This document shows positions 1 to 11,229 of a DNA stretch of 64,000 nucleotides, piece by piece. Under the pieces are notes generated by a model, which did no database searches, was not told where the DNA came from, and saw nothing but the letters and a program-made list of their open reading frames with translations. The stretch covers positions 476,979 to 540,978 of the forward strand of contig QPGO01000008.1 in the NCBI GenBank assembly GCA_008632985.1. The letters are read 5' to 3'. The position numbers and the translations under genes are program-made. Position 1 is the stretch's first letter. Each line of letters starts with the position of its first letter. The stretch comes from Psammoneis japonica. Lineage: Eukaryota.

Positions 1-240
1 TGGCTGGTGAGAAAACAAAAGCTCTCAGCTTTCTGGACAACGCTGTGTGCAGCAACAGCCGTTTGGTCAAATTCGTGTGACGAAAAGCACAGCAAACAAA
101 ATTGGCCACTTTTTTTTTGTTGCACATTCAAAGTCTTTTCTGGCTTTTTTGACAACTTTCACAGCACATGATGCAGAATGAGCAGCTGGCCACCAATGGC
201 TTCTCTCTCTCTCTCTCTCTCTCTCTCTCCAGAACGAGCA

Positions 241-420
241 AACGATCAAAATTGTTGAAGCCAATTTTCCATCAAATGTGACAAACAGACAGTGCCAGCA
301 GCCAAGGTGGAGCTGCTCAGTTGGACATTTGTCCAACCATTTCAATGAACAGCAGAAACAACAATGTCAGCCAAAGTCAGGAGAATGAGACTTTTGCAGT
401 GGCTTCATCAGTGGCTGGTC
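241..420. repeat. Terminal direct repeat of the PLE, copy 1, flanked by (CT)n tracts
   Basis: aagccaattttccatcaaatgtgacaaacaga...ggtggagctgctca.ttggacatttgtccaaccatttca...gccaaagtcagga...gacttttg...cttcatcag is shared with 3730-3908. Confidence 0.9.
368..417 (-). ncRNA. Type I hammerhead ribozyme-like motif (decayed), copy 1
   Basis: Minus strand: cagcca-CTGATGA-agccactgc-AAAA-gtc-tcattctcct-gac-TT-tggctg. Stem I is cagcca/tggctg and stem III is gtc/gac. GAAA appears as cAAAA, consistent with CpG->CpA decay. Confidence 0.65.
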
Positions 421-421
421 A

Positions 422-462
<41 letters not shown>

Positions 463-3400
463 GGGCCACCCAGGGGTGCAGGAGGTGCAATGTTTGCAGC
501 AGGAAAGAGAAGGTTTCCAAGGTTGTGTGAGCGGCTGCAACAGACAATCATGTGGTCAAGGCCAATGTGTTGTCAAGCATGATTTTGAAGGTTTGAGAGG
601 GGTTCACTTGATGGCAGATCATTCAGGTGACAGGGGATGTGCAGGAAGATGGGATTCAACTGGGGTTCTTGAGTTGGTCTGGCTGCATTTCTAAAGATGA
701 GGTCGCAAGGTCGCACGCCTTTCAGAAGAGCAGCTGCAATCATCTGCTGGGCTTCTTGCAGCCTCGAGCTTGCAGTCAAAGGTGGAGCAGTCTCATTTTT
801 GCTTTTGCACCTGCATTGTTGGAGCAAAGATTTTTGAAGCAGAAGAGCACACCCATGATCAGGCCGGCGAGCACTCCAGGTGGATGAGCTGAGTGGGGTG
901 GAATGTGCACGTGGAGATTTGTTTTGTTTTTGTAGAGGGCAGTGTGAAGGTGGGAGCCTTGGAGCAAGATTGTGAGGTCCATGAAGTTAACTTGGTGGCT
1001 TCAGGTGCTCATGATCCAGGTGGTGTCAAAGTCATTGGGCCTGGAGGCAAATGCTTCCCAGGTGGTGGCATTGGCGGCTGTGTCTGCCATGTGCCAGATG
1101 CCAAAGACATCATCAATGAATCATTTGCAGCAAAATGGCTGGGAGCTAAACTCCTCCAGGAGCATGTCTTCATGAAGTGCACAATGTGGGGCAGCATGTA
1201 GAGGGGTGGGTGGTGTGCCCATGGTGGCTCCATTGCACTGGTGCCAGCTGGTGTCTCCGAATGTGAGTGCATCTTTGTCCATCACGATTCAGAGGGCTTG
1301 GATGATGGCATCCATTGGGTGCATCATTGCAGTTGTTTTTGTGACGTTGAAGACAGGATGCAATCAATCGACAAAGTGCTTTGTTGGCGGACATGTTGGA
1401 GCAGTGGGCCTCAGCATCAGATGTGAAGAGGAGGCAATTTGGTGGCATCTCCATTTGGACAAGTGCTTGTTTCATGTCCAGGGAGCTCTTGAAGTGTGTG
1501 ATTGTTGGTGGTGAGCAACCTTCTGGAGCTTGTCATCTAACCAGACACCTGAGCTGCAGAGCAAGCTGCTGCTGGCAGAGATGATTGGTCAGGATTGCAG
1601 TGGCAGGGGCTTGTGCTCCCCCATGGAGTGAGGCAGAAGACAGGGAACAGGTCTTCATTGGTTTCAAGGCAATGTTTTGGCTGCTTGCATTCCATTAGAG
1701 TGAGGCCAGCTCATTGTGCCTTGAGCCAATCACTGAGGAGTTTTTTGATGCAGCGTTCTTGGATTCTGGCTTCAAATTTGCTCAAGAATTGATGCAAGTT
1801 GGTGTTGTTAAAATGTCTTGGAATGCCATCTTGATGCATTCAGTCTTTTCAATGATGGAGAGTCCCAGGTTCTTGTCGCATTGAGCCTTTGTGAAGTCAT
1901 CTTGTTTGCAGAGGCAAGTGAGGACGTGACATTGGTGGGGCAGGAGGTGGGTTCTGCCTTGACATTTCACAAGAAGGTCAGTGACTTGTTTCTTGAAGGT
2001 GGTGCAACAGCATTTGATGATGTTGGCAAGTTTCCAAGGTGGAGGTGTCCAGTTAGACTGAAGGTGCATCATGGGGTTGCAATCTCCATTGTCATTGTTG
2101 GTTGGTGTGTTGGCAAAACATTCACATTTGTCAAGGTCTTGTTTGAATTGTCCAAGTGTTTGTTCTTGGATCTTGCAAGATTTCCCATTGTTGGTGAAGC
2201 ACGGTGTTGGAATGAACTTCAGACCAAGACCAAGCAGTGATTGAAAAGGTTTTTTGGTGGTTGTTTTGTTGCAGTGCAGTCATGAAAGGCAAGGTGTGAG
2301 GGCCTGCTGAAGTGGCACCAGGCAGGCATGCTTTGCAGTTGGATGCAAGCATTGTGTCAGAGTGTGCAAGATGGGTGGGTGACAAATCCACACGTGCAAT
2401 GGATTCAGCATTTGATCACCTCTGGTGCCTGTGCCAATTGGTGTTGGAGTGCTGTTGCTTTTTTTTTATGGCTGTTTGATTTGAAGTGGCAGTGAGTGCT
2501 TTTGTTGGTGCTGGCAGTGTTGTTGTCGGCATCGTTGGCTTTGTGGTTGTGCTGAGGGCATTGTTTCCTCAATTGATCCAATGAGGCACCTTTGCCTTTT
2601 TTTGTGATGAGGTGCCAGCGGTGTTGTTTCAGCCCCTCTGGTTGTTTGACTGCTGTGCTTTTATGCTCTTGATGCATTGAGCAAGTGAGTTGACCTGTTG
2701 GGAGAGTTTTTCAGCATTTTTCTCTTGGTCTCCTTGCAGACCAGTTCTTGGAGAGTGACGGGGTCAACTGCAGCTTCACCATCATTTTCCATGGCAACAT
2801 TCTTGGTGGCCTCTGTTTCAAAGTGTTCTGTGTTTGGTTTCTTCAATTGGAGGTTGATGTTGTGTTTCTTCTTGGTTTCCAGGTGGGTTTCCCAGAGGGA
2901 GCCATGAAGATGCATTCAAATGCCCAGAAGATCTTGCCAAGTTCAGTCTTGATTTTCTGTTGTTCAGCAGTGATGTGCAGAGTGGCTGGTGCTGGTGCTG
3001 GTGCTTGTGTGAGGAACAAGGAGTTGCCAGCTTGGCTGTCTTTTTGGGTGTTGGTTGGTTGAGCAGTGGAGCAACCAGTGGTTGCGGCAGGTTGTGGACA
3101 GTGTTTGCTGTCTTGCACTTGGCAAGAAAGGCATTGAGGTCATGAACCTTGATGCATTTTAGCAGTGTCTCATGATTGCAGTCAAGTGGTGTCGACAGAT
3201 GTGGTGATGCTGTCAGCCACAGGCAGCAAAACTTTCGGTTGCAAGTCAGATGGCTTTTGTGCATGAATCCAAAATTTCTTCAAAGATGACTTAGAGTTCA
3301 ATCTTGGTGGCTTAGACAATTTGCTTTTTGAGAGCTTGTTGGGTTGCAGAGATGAGGTTGTTGGTTTCCTCCTGCAGAACCAAAACTCCTGGCTCTTTTC

Positions 3401-3729
3401 AGTGGTTTTGACATTTGAAATTCGAAATTGATTTGGGCTGAGCGGGGGATGAACTCCTCATCTTTTTCCATCCACTGGATGTAAAAGGCCTTGTCATGGG
3501 CCTTGGCTTGCAATTGAAGATGATTGAGGGCAAGCTTCTCAAGGATGGCAGCTGTTTCTGGTTGGAGCAATGCAATGTGGTTCTCAATGCAGTTGGCAGC
3601 AGCAGCAAGGGGTGTCCTTGGTTGCTTGTTGGCTGGGTTGGCTGCTGCAGTTGAATCAAAATGCATGTGTTTTGGATTGGTGGTCCCGGTTGCAGCATCC
3701 ATTGTTGTTGTTTCACTCTCTCTTGAATG

Positions 3730-3908
3730 AATGATTAAAATTGGCAAAGCCAATTTTCCATCAAATGTGACAAACAGATGACACTGGCAGCTGAGGTGGA
3801 GCTGCTCAATTGGACATTTGTCCAACCATTTCAGCAAACAGCAGGCACAACAATGTTGGCCAAAGTCAGGAAAACAAGACTTTTGTGGTCTTCATCAGCG
3901 GCCAGCTG
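3730..3908. repeat. Terminal direct repeat of the PLE, copy 2 (partial copy 3 at ~4075-4172)
   Basis: Aligns by eye to 241-420. Confidence 0.9.
3858..3903 (-). ncRNA. Type I hammerhead ribozyme-like motif (decayed), copy 2
   Basis: Minus strand: ggccg-CTGATGA-agaccac-AAAA-gtc-ttgttttcct-gac-TT-tggcc. Confidence 0.65.
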
Positions 3909-4121
3909 CTGTTGTCAACGTGGGGCAGCTGTTGTGTTAAAAAGATCCAAAGGAGGACAGACAAGTTGACCAGAACAACTCAAATTTAATTGCCATCTCT
4001 CTCTCTCTCTCTCTCTCAAACAAACAAACAAACAAAATTGGCAAACACAAGCAGCTGAGGCAGGAGCCACTGGCTTGGATGTTTGTCCAACTGTTTGGCA
4101 AATGGCAGGCACAACAACATT

Positions 4122-4167
4122 GGCCAAAGTCAGGGGTGAGACTTTTGTGGTGGCTTCATCAGCAGCC
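4122..4167 (-). ncRNA. Type I hammerhead ribozyme-like motif (decayed), copy 3
   Basis: Minus strand: ggctg-CTGATGA-agccaccac-AAAA-gtc-tcacccct-gac-TT-tggcc. Confidence 0.6.
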
Positions 4168-5699
4168 AGCTGTTGTTGTTTATGTGGTTGAGGTTGTTGC
4201 ATCAATGAGATCTGAATGGTGGGGGAGGACAGGTGAGTTGACTTGGACGAATGATTTTTTCAAGTTAATTCACCGCGCGCTGTCTCTCTCTCTCTCTCTC
4301 GAATGAACGAACGAATCGGCGCAGCCTGTTTGTAACCCCACAAGAAAAAACTGGGGGGGGGGGGGGGCAGACAAGATGTGCAGGTTGCAGCAGGAGAGCA
4401 ACTCTCTCTCTCTCTCTCTCTGCAGGGGTGTGGAGCTGTGTCTCTCTCTGCCAACATTGCATGCCATCCTTGTCAACAAAATTGGCCTGAGAGTCATTCT
4501 TTTTTCAACAAAATCCTCTTTTCTGGGTCACTCCTGCCTCTCTGCTTTGCTCATCGCTGGCTCTCCTCTCCTGTGCTGGTGGCAGCAAGTGGTGGCTGGC
4601 CATCTCTTTGTGATTTGCTGCACCTCCTTTGCAGCAGTTTTTTGCATGAGAGACAAAGACACACGCTTTTGCTCTTCCCTGTCACATGTGCAAATCTTCT
4701 TCAAAATCTGTCCAGCTCTCAAGTCCAGCAGATGGCTTTTTTGCCAGCTCTTTGGCTCTTGGCTCTCATTGGTGCTCTCGGGGGGGCTGCTCCCATGTCC
4801 TCCAAAGTCTTGCCACCATGGCCTGCTCCCAGGTGGGCTTGGCAATGTGTTGGCTTGCTTGGACACAACTGCAGCTTCTTTTGGGTTCTCTCTTGAAAAA
4901 CAGGCAAGTTCCTTTTGTCCTTGCTTCTGCCTTCCACTGCAACATCACTGCAAGCAGCCCTCTTGGTGCGGGTGCAAAAGGGTGTGTGTTGTGCCAAGAG
5001 TTGTTGAGGACACAGAGCTCCAAAAAAAGAGAAGAGCTGAGTGGCAGAGTGGCATGAATGAAAGTCATTGAGTTGTGTGGTGCTGGCACCAGCAGAACTT
5101 AACAGCATCACATTGAAGCACTCAGTTTCATGCTGCTGCATTGGCAAAAACTCCATGCACATGACTGGTGCAGAGCAAAAAAGAGAAAAAGGAGGGAAAA
5201 GGAGAGAAAGAAAGAGAAAAAAGACAAAAAGAGAAGGAAGTGGAGAGATGCAAGTTGGAGCCAAACAACAACAGAAGCATGTTGATGCCAATTGTGCATG
5301 TGCCAGTGGCTGTGTGCACCATGTGCAATTGGCGCATTGCAGCGGGGATCCTTGCATTTCTTGCAAACCACTTTCTGATGCTTCTTGGGTTTTTCCAAGT
5401 GGACCAATCCATCAGACAACATGTTTGGGTCATGCAACATGGGGTGCAAAAGGGTCATGGCTTGTCAAAATGGTGGTGAAAAAAAATCATGGGGAAAAGG
5501 GTGGTGCACCACAAAAAAATGGGCAGCGCGCCAAAGGGCAGTGGTGTGACATTGGTGCTCATGGTGGGTTGGGCCTTGAATCAGCAGAAGCCTCATTGTC
5601 AAGTGAGTTTTGTGAGAAAAAGCTGGAGCTGGAGCTGCTGAGCTTTGGTGGGAATCTGTTGACATGACAACTGGTTCTTGGCTGTCTGACCCATTCAAA

Positions 5700-6860
5700 G
5701 GCTCTGGCTCAAAGGGCTGGGGAGCTCAAGTCCCCTGGTTGTGGCTGAGTGCCTTTCAAGCCTCATTCCTTGATGCTTCTGCAGCTGTGATGGCCATCTT
5801 CAAATTCATCTGCCACTGCTTGCGGAAAGAAATCAAATGACCCACACACTTTAGAAATCTCAAGTTCCTGCTTGCTTTTTTTCAGCTGAGATGAGACCTG
5901 CACAAAATGTTGGCTCCACTCTTCATGCATGGCTTGGAAGGTTTCACATGCACTCAAGAACTGACCTTTCCTGGACCAACCTTTCCAGCAGCATCTTGAA
6001 CAGCAACTGCTCTTCTTTTGTGGCAACAGGTGTGCACTGTAGAACTGAGTCCATGGTGAGCCTTGCAGTGAGCTTCCAAGATGCAGGTGGCAGCTCTTTG
6101 CATGGCTCTCCCCTTTGGTCACTTGACTCAACATTCAGCACTGTTCCAAATGTGGGCCTCATGACAGGGGTGCCTTCATCAAAAGATGCCCAGTCAGAGC
6201 ATTTGGTGGCATCATGCACCCATCAACAAAGTTTGTTCTTTGCATTCACAAGAGAAGTGCCACAGTCATGAATCCTGGGGAAGCCTGGACAACATTTCTC
6301 TGATGCATGCCAACTCTGGACCAGTGCAAACTTGGCCAAATGATCATGCACACTGAGAATGCCCTGACTTGGTGGCACCTGTTCCTCAAAAACAATGCCA
6401 CAGCTGCAGTCTGTTGCTGTCATTTTTTGGGTCTCTGTTGATGTCAAGAAGCAGAGTTTAGAAAGAAACACATTTTGGGTCAGAAAGCTCACCACATGAG
6501 AAAGCCTCCAAAACCTGCTTGGCATCAGCTCATGCTTGTGCATTGAACAAAGGCTTCTGCATCTCCGAATCAATCTTGTCCTGGAAGCAGTCACATGCAA
6601 TGTTCACATGATGGCAAAGCAATTTTGGATGTGGCGCAAGTCTCCAGACCTGTTTGCTGACATGTTGAAAATTGTGGTCTGTGCTGCATGTGCCAAGTTT
6701 CAGCCTTTGCTTGATGGAATGCCACAAACTTGTTTCTCTTGTCATCACAGTCATGTGCAAAAATGGTGCCACACAGTGACACAAAAAATGTGGCTTTCCA
6801 GTCATCGTGTGCTGGTGCTCCAGCGCATCTCATGAAATGGAGAGCATTGCCCAAAACTCA
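5700..6860 (-). mobile_element. Decayed DNA-transposase-like relic (DxxH-type motif, superfamily uncertain)
   Basis: Fragments GNALHFMR...HDDWKATFFVSL..TIF (likely G-D-A-x-H-F-M before CpG decay) and VWRLAPHPKLL...FQDKIDSEMQKPLFN, in CpG/TpA-depleted sequence. Confidence 0.4.
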
Positions 6861-7117
6861 GCACAATGCCTCAAGAGCCTAAGACGCACTGTAAGTTTGT
6901 CTACTGTTGTGCGAGTAGGTTGGCAAGTGCGTCACACCTTTTCTCGGTGGCAGCTGCCGGCACGAGTAGAATTTCAAACCAAGAAGAACAGCTCATAGAG
7001 ATCCCTGCTTGTTAGATGTGTTCGGGGATGTGCCGGCACACAGTAGAAGAGACTGCAAATCTACAGCTACCATCATTGCAGCTTATTGGAGAATCGTGCC
7101 TTTTAAAAATGGCTTAG

Positions 7118-9952
7118 CTACAATTTAATGTGAACTCGCTCTCCTGTACTCTTACCTGGACCTGCAATCGTACAAACGCCGGCAAGATCATCCCCACCAC
7201 TTGCTTCGTGCTTCACAAGCTCCCCAATGACAGAGGCAAACTCGTAGTGGACTTTCAGCTTCGATAAAAAGCCGCCGCAAGAATCGGGAGATACGAAGAA
7301 GAGCAAACCACCCGCCGTCTGCGGGTCGAACAAAAGAGGATACTCGACAGGACAAGATTCTGCAGCTTGCTTGTGATTGGACACAGCACGTCTGTTCCTC
7401 GCGTTGTCGAGCTGCAACGACGAGAAAATTTCCTTGCGTGATGCCTCTCGCGCCCCTGAAAAAAACTGAATGTCGTGCATATATAAGACAGCACCAACCG
7501 TATCATGTTCAGCTTCGTCGTCGTTTGCCATCAGCATTTCCAACAAATGGCCGATCAGACCGAAACCAGTCACATCTGTACAAGAATGTACAGCTTGATG
7601 CTCCATCGCGATGCGACTAGCAGATCCATTGCTTTGAGTCATGCTTTTTAATGCCTCAACGACACACTCTGCATCACATTCTGCTCGCATATCGGACGCA
7701 AATAAAGCCCCTGTCCCAATGGGCTTTGTTAGGATAATCTTGTCACCGACCTTACCGCCTCGCTTTCTGAGCAACTTTGAGGTGTCATTGGAAAAGCCTT
7801 GGATAGCAAATCCACAGGCCAACTCGGCTCCCTCACAGGTATGCCCTCCAACAACCCGCATCCCCTCCTCTTGAAACACATCACTAGCACCGCTTAATAA
7901 ATCCACCAGCGTTGACTCAGTCATGTCCTCATCAGCCGAGAACGGCACTACCGCTAGTGCCAAGGCTGTCTCTGCTAATGCACCCATTGCGTGAACATCA
8001 CTCAGAGCATGAACCGCCGCAATCTTTCCAAACAAGAAAGGATCTGAAACAATGGAACGAAAATAATCAATAGTGCAAATCATACCAGCTCGCCCATTGC
8101 TATTTGTTGGGGTAGGGACAATCGCAGCATCATCGTGGTCCATTGGCGGCGGCGTATTTTTGCCATCACTACGGGCAACTTGTCGCGCATAGACAGCTTG
8201 AAGCACCCTTGACACAGTTGTGGCCCCGACCTTGGCCCCACAACCACCGCATCTCATGGGGTCAGCCGCAAATGCTTCCATAACACTAGAACCTTTGCTG
8301 CGGGCATTCTGCGGAACAACCGTTCTACTTCCCGTGCCGTAGGAAGAACTCTGTTTCTGAAAGCTCTCCATCATTTCTTCAAGGTCGGGTAGTTCCGTGT
8401 ACTTATTCATCCATTTTCTATCAATGAAATCCTTCCATGTCCACATGTATTTACCTTCCATGGCAAACCAAGATCCCCGAGAAGCAACCGCATACTTGTC
8501 GCCAGTTGAAATAAGTCCCAGAAAGTCCTTCTGCGGTCGAAATGCTTTCAATGGCTCTCCCTTCAAATACGCCAACATATTATGCATCAGGGGAGGTCCG
8601 GCACGAACAGCAAAAACACCGGCTGAATCAATGGAAATAGATACAGATAACAATGAGCTCAGGTGTACCTATGTTTGACAACAATCGATCCGCGATTCTC
8701 ACCTTTGGGCCGTGGGTGTTTGACCATGTGACAGCAATCGCCAGCCGCAAAGACACCTTCATGACTTACAGACTCGTAAGTATCTTCTACCATGACAAAC
8801 CCATCCGAGGTTGTAGCCAAGGGAGATGATTTTGCCAACCATGGCGCAGTCCCGGCAGATGTGCACCACAAGCATTCATCAAACACAACGGGATCTTGCT
8901 CATCAGAATCGGGTGACAAGACACACACCTTTTTATCATCTGAAGGATGGCAAGAAAGAGTGAAGGATAAGAGTAGCCATTTCATGCAGTAACATATGAT
9001 TTGTCTCGAAAGAGCGCATGCGCCGCCAGGCAGATAATTTTCTAACGTTGGCATGAGTTTGCCCCGGCAGAAAATAAACACACTTCACGCACCAGTGCTC
9101 TTCTCGGATACTAATTGTACCGATTCGACTCGTGCACCGTATCGTACTTCCACCTTTCGCTCACTCAGGACCCGCGTAAACTTCTCTCGTACACGAGTAT
9201 TGTGTTGCTCCAATATAGACTGGCCGCGAGTCGCAATGATGACGCGTAGCGCCTCCTCCGCGGCACCATTCTTTGACAAGATCGATTGGAGTTTCACCTG
9301 CATGGCCAGTGCCAACTCGATACCACCTATGATTAACAAGGTTATGGCACAAATTAAGGAAAGCCCCATGTAGCTCTGCTGTTTCACAGTTGTTATTCAA
9401 GCAACTATAGCACCTACCGGCACCACCGCCAACGACCAACAGGACAAATGGTTTGTTTTGGGAATACTGGTTCGCATGAAGTCGAATTTTTTCACAGAGG
9501 GCCTCGTACCTCTGTGAAAAATGAGCAATAGGCTTCACCGGTACAACAAAGCGAGGAGGTGTACCCGACGGTGTGCTTCCGATATCAATTGAAAGCGCGT
9601 CGTAGCGAACAGGCGGACGATCCTCCTGCAATTTGACGAATCCCCCACTTTTCGTTTTGCTTGGTTGAACATCAACAGCGCTCCCGTGAATTAAGCGGAC
9701 ATTTGAAAACCGACAAAGCTTCATCAAGTCCAAATGAATCTCGTCGAGAGAGTAATGTCCCGCTACGTAACCTGGCAACATTCCGGAATAAGGTGTGAGG
9801 ACATCTCGCGCAATCAGCGTGCATCGGATCCCGAGTTTTTGGCAGATCAGTCGACCCTCAGGCATGCCTAACATCTTCAACACGTGAACATGGGCATGTC
9901 CGCCTCCAACCAATACCAAGTCACTGATAAGCGGTACGCTATTATTGTTCAT
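7118..9952 (-). CDS. selD: Selenide, water dikinase (selenophosphate synthetase) fused to an N-terminal FAD-dependent pyridine nucleotide-disulfide (NADH dehydrogenase-like) domain; about 4 exons
   Basis: N-terminal LVLVGGGHAH, PYSGMLPG, VVGGGAG/GIELA and FAAGDC; C-terminal MRCGGCGAKVG, DDAA, ALSDVHAMG, GGHT, LTKPIGTG, DVTGFGLIGHL and DPQTAGGLL. GT-AG introns near 9416-9328, 9090-8943 and 8702-8623. Confidence 0.92.
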
Positions 9953-11229
9953 CGTGCTTTGCTTTTAGATAGCGATGCAGAGTTTTGCGCGAGTCGTCGA
10001 GTGCGACGACGAGGAGGAGGAGTCGATGACGAGAAACGCGGAGACGCGCATCGCGACAGGCGACGCAGTGCGGGCGCAACACACTCCGAATGAATGTTGC
10101 TGAGTGAGAGTGTGAATGTCAACAAATGTACAGCAATTTTTTAAAAGTTCGGCATTGTAGATGACAGGAAACAAAAAACAGTGATGAATGCGCAATTCAC
10201 GACAGAGTTTCTTGTGAACAGTCAGGTTGCAACTCCAAGTGCTTGAACTGCAATGCCAAAGAAGGGAAAGCTGACAAAGTGCACAGCAGCTGTTGTTGGG
10301 TTGTTGTGGGTCTCGCCCAGAATGAGCACAAGCCAGGATGAGCGAGGGCTGCAGTGTCTGGGTGCCGGCCACCCCATGGTTGTCTGGGATGAAACACAAC
10401 AATGGATGGATGCAGAAGCCAGAGTCAGAAGCACAGCACTAAAAAAAATTGTGTCATGCATGAGAGTCCCAGCAGGGGAGTTGTCATGGCAGATGCCCGG
10501 CTCCCAAAAAAGAGCGTCTTGTTTTGCATTCAAGCATCAGGCACATTGTGAGTCACTCAGTGCAAGCAATCAACATGGTGCAAGCACCCATCATCAAAAG
10601 CAGCAACCAAGCTGCTGCAAAGGGAGCCTTGTTGCTTGCAGCCACAGCATTTTTGGACATCATCAGGTGGTTTGTCAAGGTTGAAGAGATGCTTGGAGCA
10701 CCTCCAGGGTGCCAGCAACTGCTGCGCAGCAGTCAGTGGGGCAGCACTTGATGCAAAAGCACTCAATGCCTGCTCAAGATTGTCCATGCCAGCTGACCAG
10801 AGATTTGGTTGCAGTCATTGAACAAGGGGGCAAAGATGCTTGCTCAGATGTGTGCAGCATGCTGAGGCAAAACTTGGTCCAGCTCAAACACACAGCCAAG
10901 TTGTGTGTCTGGATCAAAGTGCACACAAGCAACAGCAAGCACAATGATCACTTTGCTGCAGCCAGCCTTGAGGATCCTGTTGATTGCCTTCTGAAGGCTC
11001 TTGGTGGCACAACAAGATGACTCTCACCCAGTTTTGATGGCATTGTCACCTTCACACAGTGGGGTCAAAGACAGCTGTTTGTCTGCAGTGCACTCAACCC
11101 ATGGCACTGCACAAAGAGGGAGAGAAACATCTGTGCATGCTGCAGAGTGAGTTGCAGTTGTGCCAGTGAAAAACCAAGATGGGCTCTCATGACTAGATGA
11201 GTTTGGGACATTTGCAGCAGAGAGCAGGC

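Larger units (their letters stand above)
230..4200 (-). mobile_element. Decayed Penelope-like retroelement (PLE), apparently lacking a GIY-YIG endonuclease, bounded by direct terminal repeats (pLTR-like)
   Basis: Minus-strand RT motifs are readable across stops and frameshifts: LFTSDAEAHCSN (~1430-1395); WHQCNGATMGTPP...K*FIDDVFGIW (~1245-1095); FMDLTI...LYKNKTNLHVHIPPHSAHPPGVLAGLIMG (982-850); C-terminal SRSHNLGNLL (~535-505). A ~180-bp direct repeat lies at ~241-420 and ~3730-3908, with a partial third copy at ~4075-4172. Confidence 0.8.

Noticed and set aside
4376..5698. Many overlapping 100-230 aa Cys/His-rich ORFs here and in other decayed blocks
   Set aside because: Artefact of TpA loss removing TAA/TAG stops; no coherent protein motifs.
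8236..8260. Possible selenocysteine codon in the SelD active-site motif
   Set aside because: The motif reads Cys (MRCGGCGAK) with no in-frame TGA, and I could not identify a SECIS by eye.
10550..11020. RNase H-like remnant (WIKVHTSNSKHNDHF)
   Set aside because: Suggestive but too decayed to assign without a profile search.
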